From positions 736,001-800,000 of the forward strand of contig CBDCFN010000016.1 in the NCBI GenBank assembly GCA_965216315.1: a stretch of 64,000 nucleotides of DNA, given 5' to 3'. The notes beneath the pieces were generated by a model. The model saw only the letters and a list, made by a program, of their open reading frames with translations. It did no database searches and was not told the origin of the DNA. Positions 58,281-64,000 of this stretch are shown here, piece after piece. The stretch is from a bacterium. GTDB taxonomy: Bacteria > UBA10199 > 2-02-FULL-50-16 > JAJFLM01. Positions within the stretch are counted from its first letter, which is position 1. Each line of letters opens with the position of its first letter. The translations under genes were made by a program, and so were the position numbers.

Positions 58281-59077
58281 ATAAACGTAACAAAAGAAAA
58301 CTTCCCTTATTCCTCCTCTTTTCGCTTCTCTTTCATGCCCTCTTAATCCTTTTTATTGCGACCAAGCCAGCTGAACGTGAAGCGGAAAAGCTAGCCCCAT
58401 TAGACGTTGAGATTCTCCAGCCCAAACAGATTGCCGATATACAAAAGCCGAAAGAGCAAAAACGGCCTCAAAAGGCCAAATTTATTGGGCAGTATGACAG
58501 TACGGTCAAGGAAGAACGGGTAGCGGTGACACCGCCGAAAAAGGGGACTCCCAGGCCCCAGCGGGCAATTGAACGGCCGAAGCAAGTAGAGAAACCCGAG
58601 AAAAAACCGGATAAGTTGGCCGCGCTGTTTGCGAAAAAAAAAGAACAGGCACAGAAGAAGAGTTCGGGTAATCGAAAGGCCGCGAAACGTTTTGGCGAAT
58701 TGCCACAGGATTTTTATCCCGATTATAAGATCGGGCCGCACACTTATTTGAATGTACTGCGCTTCCCCGATGTGCAGTACTTTGTGCGGCTTAAACGCAT
58801 TTTTAAGCTGACCTTCAACCCGGTGCCGGTCCTGCGTCAGTATGTCTATGCCAATCAAGTTTCACGTGGCCATGTAGAGGTCGTGCTTGGTGTCGTTGTC
58901 GCCCCGAGCGGCCGGTTAGCCCGTCTCTTTGTGATTCGCGGTTCCGGGTTTGGTAAATACGACCAGGAGGCGCTCAGAACCGTGCGTGATAGTTCCCCTT
59001 TCACAAAGCCACCCGCCAAGTTATTAGGCCCCGACGGTCAGCTCCGCATGAGTTGGACGTTTACGGTTTATTTGTAA
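58277..59077 (+). CDS. TonB-family protein
   Basis: SLLFH TM motif, K/P-rich linker, SG...YDQEALRTV...SPF..PP. Confidence 0.8.
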   Translation: MNKRNKRKLPLFLLFSLLFHALLILFIATKPAEREAEKLAPLDVEILQPKQIADIQKPKEQKRPQKAKFIGQYDSTVKEERVAVTPPKKGTPRPQRAIERPKQVEKPEKKPDKLAALFAKKKEQAQKKSSGNRKAAKRFGELPQDFYPDYKIGPHTYLNVLRFPDVQYFVRLKRIFKLTFNPVPVLRQYVYANQVSRGHVEVVLGVVVAPSGRLARLFVIRGSGFGKYDQEALRTVRDSSPFTKPPAKLLGPDGQLRMSWTFTVYL

Positions 59078-59081
59078 AAAA

Positions 59082-60566
59082 TTATTTTTCGTAACGGAGC
59101 TTGAGTTCTTTGACGGCCTTGGCTTCGTCTAGTAACCCGATCTGGGTGTTATGAGGTGCAGAATGAACGAGTTCAGGATTACTCGCAGCTTCTTCCGCGA
59201 TCGCGAGCATCGCATCGCAGAAACGATCGATAGCTTTTTTGCTCTCCGTTTCAGTCGGTTCAATCATGAGGGCCCCGGGCACGATTAAGGGGAAGTAGAT
59301 AGTCGGGGGATGAAAGCCATAATCCATCAAACGTTTGGCGATTTGTAAGGTCTTGACGCCATGGGCATTTTGTTTCTTGTCTGAAAAGACGACTTCGTGC
59401 ATCGATTGCTGTTGGTAAGGCAATTCATAGGCATCACTCAAGAGGGCGCGAATATAATTAGCATTCAGTACTGCAAGTTCGGCGACGCGTCTTAGCCCTT
59501 CGGCACCCATTTCAAGGATGTAGGTATAGGCGCGGACGAGGATGCCGAAATTGCCATAGAAAGACTGCAAGCGACCGATGCTCTGTTCGTATCCTTCATT
59601 CCATTTATACTCGTCACCTGCTTTTTCAATGCGAGGAATGGGCAAGAAAGGTTCTAAGACTTTTTTGACGGCGACAGGTCCGGCGCCGGGACCGCCACCC
59701 CCGTGCGGTGTCGTGAAGGTCTTGTGTAGATTCATGTGGAGGACGTCGACGCCCATGTCGCCAATCAATGTTTTGCCAAGGAGTGCGTTGAGGTTGGCGC
59801 CATCACAGTAAACGAGCCCACCGTGTTCGTGGACAATGTCGCAGATTTCCTTGATGTGAGGTTCGAAGATGCCCAAAGTATTCGGGTTGGTCAGCATGAT
59901 CGCTGCGACTTCATCATCGATAACAGCGCGCAGAGCATCTGGGGTCAGAATCCCTTTGGCGCCGGTTTTTATTTCGACAACCTTGTAACCGCTCATGGCG
60001 CAACTGGCTGGGTTCGTGCCGTGCGCGCTATCGGGAATCAATACCTTTTTGCGGGGATTTCCCTGCGTCTCATGGTAGGCGCGTATCATTAAAATGCCCG
60101 CCAATTCGCCTTGGGCGCCGGCAGCCGGTTGGAGCGTGATCGCGTCCATTCCAGTAATGGCGAGGAGGGCTTCTTGTAAGCCGTACATCAGTTCGAGATT
60201 CCCTTGCGCCGTTTCATCGGGTTGTAATGGATGGGCGTGAGCAAAGCCCGTATAAGCGGCAACCTCTTCATTGATCTTCGGGTTATATTTCATCGTGCAG
60301 GAGCCGAGGGGGTAAAAATTAGTATCGATGGAAAAATTCCACTGGGAGAGGCGGGTGTAATGGCGCATGACTTCCGGCTCAGAGACTTCGGGAAGTTTGG
60401 CTTCATCAGTTCGACGCAGTTCTTTGGGAAGAGAGACGTCAATGTCCGCAGAGTTGAAACTGTAGCCGATGCGACCTGGGCGAGAACGTTCAAAAATTAA
60501 GGGCTCGCGCCAACTATGGCCACTCGTTCCCGAAAAGGTGCGCGTCTTAGTCTTGCGCGAGGGCAT
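59082..60566 (-). CDS. gcvPB: Glycine dehydrogenase subunit 2
   Basis: YPLGSCTMKYNP, SAHGTNPAS, NLHKTF.TPHGGGGPG; start approximate. Confidence 0.95.
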   Translation of the reverse strand: MPSRKTKTRTFSGTSGHSWREPLIFERSRPGRIGYSFNSADIDVSLPKELRRTDEAKLPEVSEPEVMRHYTRLSQWNFSIDTNFYPLGSCTMKYNPKINEEVAAYTGFAHAHPLQPDETAQGNLELMYGLQEALLAITGMDAITLQPAAGAQGELAGILMIRAYHETQGNPRKKVLIPDSAHGTNPASCAMSGYKVVEIKTGAKGILTPDALRAVIDDEVAAIMLTNPNTLGIFEPHIKEICDIVHEHGGLVYCDGANLNALLGKTLIGDMGVDVLHMNLHKTFTTPHGGGGPGAGPVAVKKVLEPFLPIPRIEKAGDEYKWNEGYEQSIGRLQSFYGNFGILVRAYTYILEMGAEGLRRVAELAVLNANYIRALLSDAYELPYQQQSMHEVVFSDKKQNAHGVKTLQIAKRLMDYGFHPPTIYFPLIVPGALMIEPTETESKKAIDRFCDAMLAIAEEAASNPELVHSAPHNTQIGLLDEAKAVKELKLRYEK

Positions 60567-61905
60567 TGCCGAGTTTTCTGCTGAAGGTTGCGATTTCTTC
60601 ATCTGTATTCATTTCGGTTACACTTACAAGTAAGTAGTTTTCCAATTGAGGATACCATTGTCTTATGGCGACCCCGCCAAGTATGCCTTCGTTGCGCAGG
60701 GCTTCTAAGAGACTTGCCGGTTCACGGGGGACTTTGATGACAAATTCATTAAAGGTTGCACCGGTGAATGGGAGGCTGATGCCCGGTATCTGCGCGAGCT
60801 GTTGCTTGGCCAGCTCTGATTTCTTGAGATTGTCGGATGCGATATGACGAAAACCGCGGCGGCCGAGGAGCGACAAAGTGATAGTGGCGGCGAGTGCGCA
60901 GAGGCTGACATTTGTGCAGATGTTTGATGTCGCCTTTTCACGCCTTATGTGTTGTTCCCTTGTCGCAAGCGTTAATACGTATCCTCTTTCTCCATTGCAA
61001 TCGACCGTTTCGCCGACGAGACGACCTGGTACTTGCCGCGCGTATTTTTTATGGGTTGCGAATAGACCTAGCGAGGGGCCTCCGTATTGAATGGCATTGC
61101 CGAACGATTGGCCTTCAGCCGTGGCAATATCGGCTCCCATTTCGCCGGGGGACTTGGCGAGCGCTAGGGCCCAAGGTTCAGCTGTACTCGTGATAAGGAG
61201 CGCTCCGGCTTGATGCGTTTGTTCGGCGACATCTTCAAAATTTTCTAAGATGCCAAAAAAGTTAGGGTATCCGACAACGACGCAACTGACATCGTCTGCC
61301 AAGGCCTCACTAAGAGCCTTTCGATCAAGTCGGCCACTTTGACTTTCAAAAGGGACCTCTTCGATCGTGACATCTGAAAAACGTAAGTAGGTGTTAACGA
61401 CTTGGCGATACTCTGGCGGCAAAGTTCGTGCGATGAGAATGCGTCGGCGTTTATTGATACGCATCGCGGTGAGAATGGCTTCGGCGACAGCGCTGGCGCC
61501 ATCGTAATTGGAAGCGTTAGCGATTTCGAGGCCGCAGAGCTCGGAAACCATCGTTTGGAATTCATAGAGGGCCTGAAGGGTTCCTTGGCTCACCTCGGGC
61601 TGATAGGGTGTGTAAGCGGTTGCGAATTCGCTGCGACTTACCAAGGTTTTGACGGCACTCGGGACATAATGTCGATAGGCCCCCGCGCCTAAAAAATTAA
61701 TCCAATCATTTCCGTGCGCATTCCGGCGACTGAGGCGCCTGAGTTCTTCGCGCAATTCCAACTCCGTGTATGGAGGGGGGAGTTGGAGGTTTTCTTTAAG
61801 TTTTAGTTCAGGGGGAATGCAGGTAAAGAGATCATCGATTGATTTGACGCCAATCACCTGCAGCATTTGATCAATGTCATCAGGGGTATGAGGCAGATAG
61901 CGCAT
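60547..61905 (-). CDS. gcvPA: Glycine dehydrogenase subunit 1
   Basis: MRYLPHT, YTPYQPE.SQG.LQ, REQHIRREKATSNICTN. Confidence 0.95.
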   Translation of the reverse strand: MRYLPHTPDDIDQMLQVIGVKSIDDLFTCIPPELKLKENLQLPPPYTELELREELRRLSRRNAHGNDWINFLGAGAYRHYVPSAVKTLVSRSEFATAYTPYQPEVSQGTLQALYEFQTMVSELCGLEIANASNYDGASAVAEAILTAMRINKRRRILIARTLPPEYRQVVNTYLRFSDVTIEEVPFESQSGRLDRKALSEALADDVSCVVVGYPNFFGILENFEDVAEQTHQAGALLITSTAEPWALALAKSPGEMGADIATAEGQSFGNAIQYGGPSLGLFATHKKYARQVPGRLVGETVDCNGERGYVLTLATREQHIRREKATSNICTNVSLCALAATITLSLLGRRGFRHIASDNLKKSELAKQQLAQIPGISLPFTGATFNEFVIKVPREPASLLEALRNEGILGGVAIRQWYPQLENYLLVSVTEMNTDEEIATFSRKLGNALAQD

Positions 61906-61910
61906 TAATT

Positions 61911-62300
61911 TTAGACAGTTTCTTCTTTCACGTAAGCTTCATATTCTTCTGCGGTCATGAGTTGATCGAGTTCGTTTTGGTTGAGGATTTCAGCCCGGAT
62001 CAGCCAGCCTTCTCCATAGGGGTCGTCGTTGAGCGTCTCGGGACTGTCTGTGACGGGATCATTGGCTTCGCGGATGATGCCTGTAAAGGGAAGGAAGACA
62101 TCGCTGACTGATTTTACTGACTCGACGACGCCAAAGGCTTCGCCATTTCCGAATTCCTCGCCTTCTTGAGGGAGCTCAACAAAGACAATTTCGCCCAGTT
62201 GATCTTGCGCGTAATCGGTAATGCCAATCAACGCCGTATCACCATCGATACGCAGCCACTCATGCTCTTTGGTATATTTAAGTTCCTCAGGAATATTCAT
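61911..62300 (-). CDS. gcvH: Glycine cleavage system H protein
   Basis: YTKEHEW, GITDYAQ, VESVKS (lipoyl Lys). Confidence 0.96.
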   Translation of the reverse strand: MNIPEELKYTKEHEWLRIDGDTALIGITDYAQDQLGEIVFVELPQEGEEFGNGEAFGVVESVKSVSDVFLPFTGIIREANDPVTDSPETLNDDPYGEGWLIRAEILNQNELDQLMTAEEYEAYVKEETV

Positions 62301-62319
62301 AACTGCTTCGAACCCTCCC

Positions 62320-63411
62320 TCAAGCCGCTGGAGTTAAATAAAACGGCTGCTTTACGACCGCTGCTATTCTTTTTTTGCCGCGAATGTCAATGGCAATTTT
62401 AGTGCCTATTTCAGTGGCAGTGCCGGGGAGGTAGCCCGTTCCAATCCCTATATCGAGGGAAGGTGAAAGGGTCCCGCTGACGACATGACCGACAGCCTGA
62501 TCGTCCAGGCATATCGGATAGCCTTGGCGTGGAATGCTTCGATCGGTCATGCGAAAGGCGACAAGGTGGCGCTGAATTCCAGCGGCCTTAACCCGTTGGA
62601 GCGTCGCTTTTCCAATAAAATCATCACCATCCAGTTTCACAATCCAGGCGAGGCCAGCCTCGAAGGGGTTGGTTCGGTCATCGATTTCGTGGCCGTAGAG
62701 AGGATAATTGACCTCGAGGCGCAGCGTGTCTCGAGCCCCTAAGCCACAGGGAAGCAAGCCATGTGGGGACCCGGTCTGGATAAGTTGGTGCCATAGATCC
62801 GTTGCCAGTTGTGCCGGTCCATAAATTTCGAATCCATCTTCACCGGTGTAGCCTGTCCTTGAGATGAGCAGGTCCTGGCCTTGGTACCGGTAAGTCGTGA
62901 ATCGGAAGCGTTCCAATTGAGTTGGAGCCTCATCAAACGCAGTTTGCATGGCGGTGCTGGCTAGAGGGCCCTGAAGTGCGAGTTGGCACCAGGTATCAGA
63001 CTCGTTCCTAACGCTGACGGCTCCGTCACTGTGAGATTGAATCCATTCATAATCCTTGTCGATATTGCCGGCATTGACGCAGATAAGAATTTTTTCGGGG
63101 GTGAGCGGATACACGATTACGTCATCAACAAACGTGCCGTCCGAGGTGAGTAAGGCCGAGTATTGACACTGATTGACTTTAAGCCGTTTGAGATCATTGC
63201 AAGTGAGTCGTTGCGCAGCCGCCAGCGCGTCGGGGCCTTCGATAATGATCTCTCCCATGTGGGAGACATCAAAGAGCCCAAGACGTTTGCGGACGGCGTG
63301 GTGTTCCTCCCGTATGCTTGAGTACTGAACGGGCATTTCCCAGCCGCCGAACTCAACGATGCGGGCGCCGAGTTGTTGGTGTGTTTCAAAGAGAGGAGTA
63401 CGGTTAGCCAT
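62320..63411 (-). CDS. gcvT: Glycine cleavage system aminomethyltransferase T
   Basis: [40 protein letters not shown]. Confidence 0.96.
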   Translation of the reverse strand: MANRTPLFETHQQLGARIVEFGGWEMPVQYSSIREEHHAVRKRLGLFDVSHMGEIIIEGPDALAAAQRLTCNDLKRLKVNQCQYSALLTSDGTFVDDVIVYPLTPEKILICVNAGNIDKDYEWIQSHSDGAVSVRNESDTWCQLALQGPLASTAMQTAFDEAPTQLERFRFTTYRYQGQDLLISRTGYTGEDGFEIYGPAQLATDLWHQLIQTGSPHGLLPCGLGARDTLRLEVNYPLYGHEIDDRTNPFEAGLAWIVKLDGDDFIGKATLQRVKAAGIQRHLVAFRMTDRSIPRQGYPICLDDQAVGHVVSGTLSPSLDIGIGTGYLPGTATEIGTKIAIDIRGKKRIAAVVKQPFYLTPAA

Positions 63412-64000
63412 CCACCGTTCTCTTTGCGGCTTCAAGGGTGTTCCACAATAGCATGGCGATTGTCATCGGTCCGACACCCCCGGGGACCGGCGTGATGTAA
63501 GCGGCGCGTTCGGCGCACGACTCAAAATCAACGTCGCCGCAAAGAGTTCCGTCTTCGAGCCGATTGATGCCAACATCTAAGACAACCGCGCCCGCTTTGA
63601 TCCATTCGCCGGGGACCATTTTGGGCCTCCCGACGGCGGCAACAAGTACATCCGCCTGTCTAATCTTGTCGGCCAAGTCTTGGGTGCGGGAATGACATAG
63701 GGTGACAGTTGCGTGACGCTCGAGCAGAAGTAAGGCAGCCGGCTTACCGACAATATTGCTGCGACCCAGAACAACGGCATCCTTGCCGGTCAGATCGTAG
63801 TTAATAGACTCGAGTATGCGAATCAGTCCAAAGGGAGTACAGGGTCGCGGACCGGGGAGTCCTGTCAGTAAACGACCCTGATTGACGGGATGAAAACCAT
63901 CAACATCTTTGTCGGGATCAATAGCCTGAAGAATGCGCTGTTCGTCTAAGTGATCCGGTAAGGGGAGCTGAACGAGAATGCCATGAATCGTACGATCCTT
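63404..64000 (-). CDS. folD: Bifunctional methylenetetrahydrofolate dehydrogenase/cyclohydrolase (5' end outside window)
   Basis: [41 protein letters not shown]. Confidence 0.95.
   Translation of the reverse strand, partial: KDRTIHGILVQLPLPDHLDEQRILQAIDPDKDVDGFHPVNQGRLLTGLPGPRPCTPFGLIRILESINYDLTGKDAVVLGRSNIVGKPAALLLLERHATVTLCHSRTQDLADKIRQADVLVAAVGRPKMVPGEWIKAGAVVLDVGINRLEDGTLCGDVDFESCAERAAYITPVPGGVGPMTIAMLLWNTLEAAKRTVDG

Noticed and set aside
63411..63440. Glycine riboswitch upstream of gcvT
   Set aside because: gcvT overlaps the folD stop; there is no leader region

Overview
64 kb of bacterial chromosome. Gene content and MYXO-CTERM-like surface proteins suggest a 'Deltaproteobacteria'-type (Myxococcota/Bdellovibrionota-related) lineage; this is inference. 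Housekeeping content: Rrf2-sufBCDSU-sufT, rpmB, dus, maf, exbBD, rarA, rlmN, mtnP, recO, lon, gcvT-H-PA-PB, partial folD, tRNA-Gly(CCC) and tRNA-Ala(GGC). Main unexplained signals: (1) A 76-77 bp structured non-coding element occurs twice (sufD/sufS junction and downstream of tRNA-Ala). Each copy is immediately followed by a long perfect duplication of upstream host sequence (41 and 53 bp), shows compensatory base changes in its central hairpin, and lies in sense orientation to the host transcript. It is a candidate non-autonomous mobile element with very long target duplications. (2) A sigma28-like promoter, DCAAC-N15-YCGAWRA, precedes six orphan genes. Four of these are tandem, apparently leaderless genes encoding GNAT-like proteins with a shared uncharged N-terminal peptide, a candidate secreted-effector regulon. 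(3) An HvfABC-like MNIO (DUF692) RiPP cluster with EG[N/S]CG repeats and a YceI-like gene. (4) Sigma54-driven Cys-rich/TSP3 surface proteins beside a beta-barrel-OmpA gene (TraAB-like layout). All calls come from motif recognition by eye; no searches were run.
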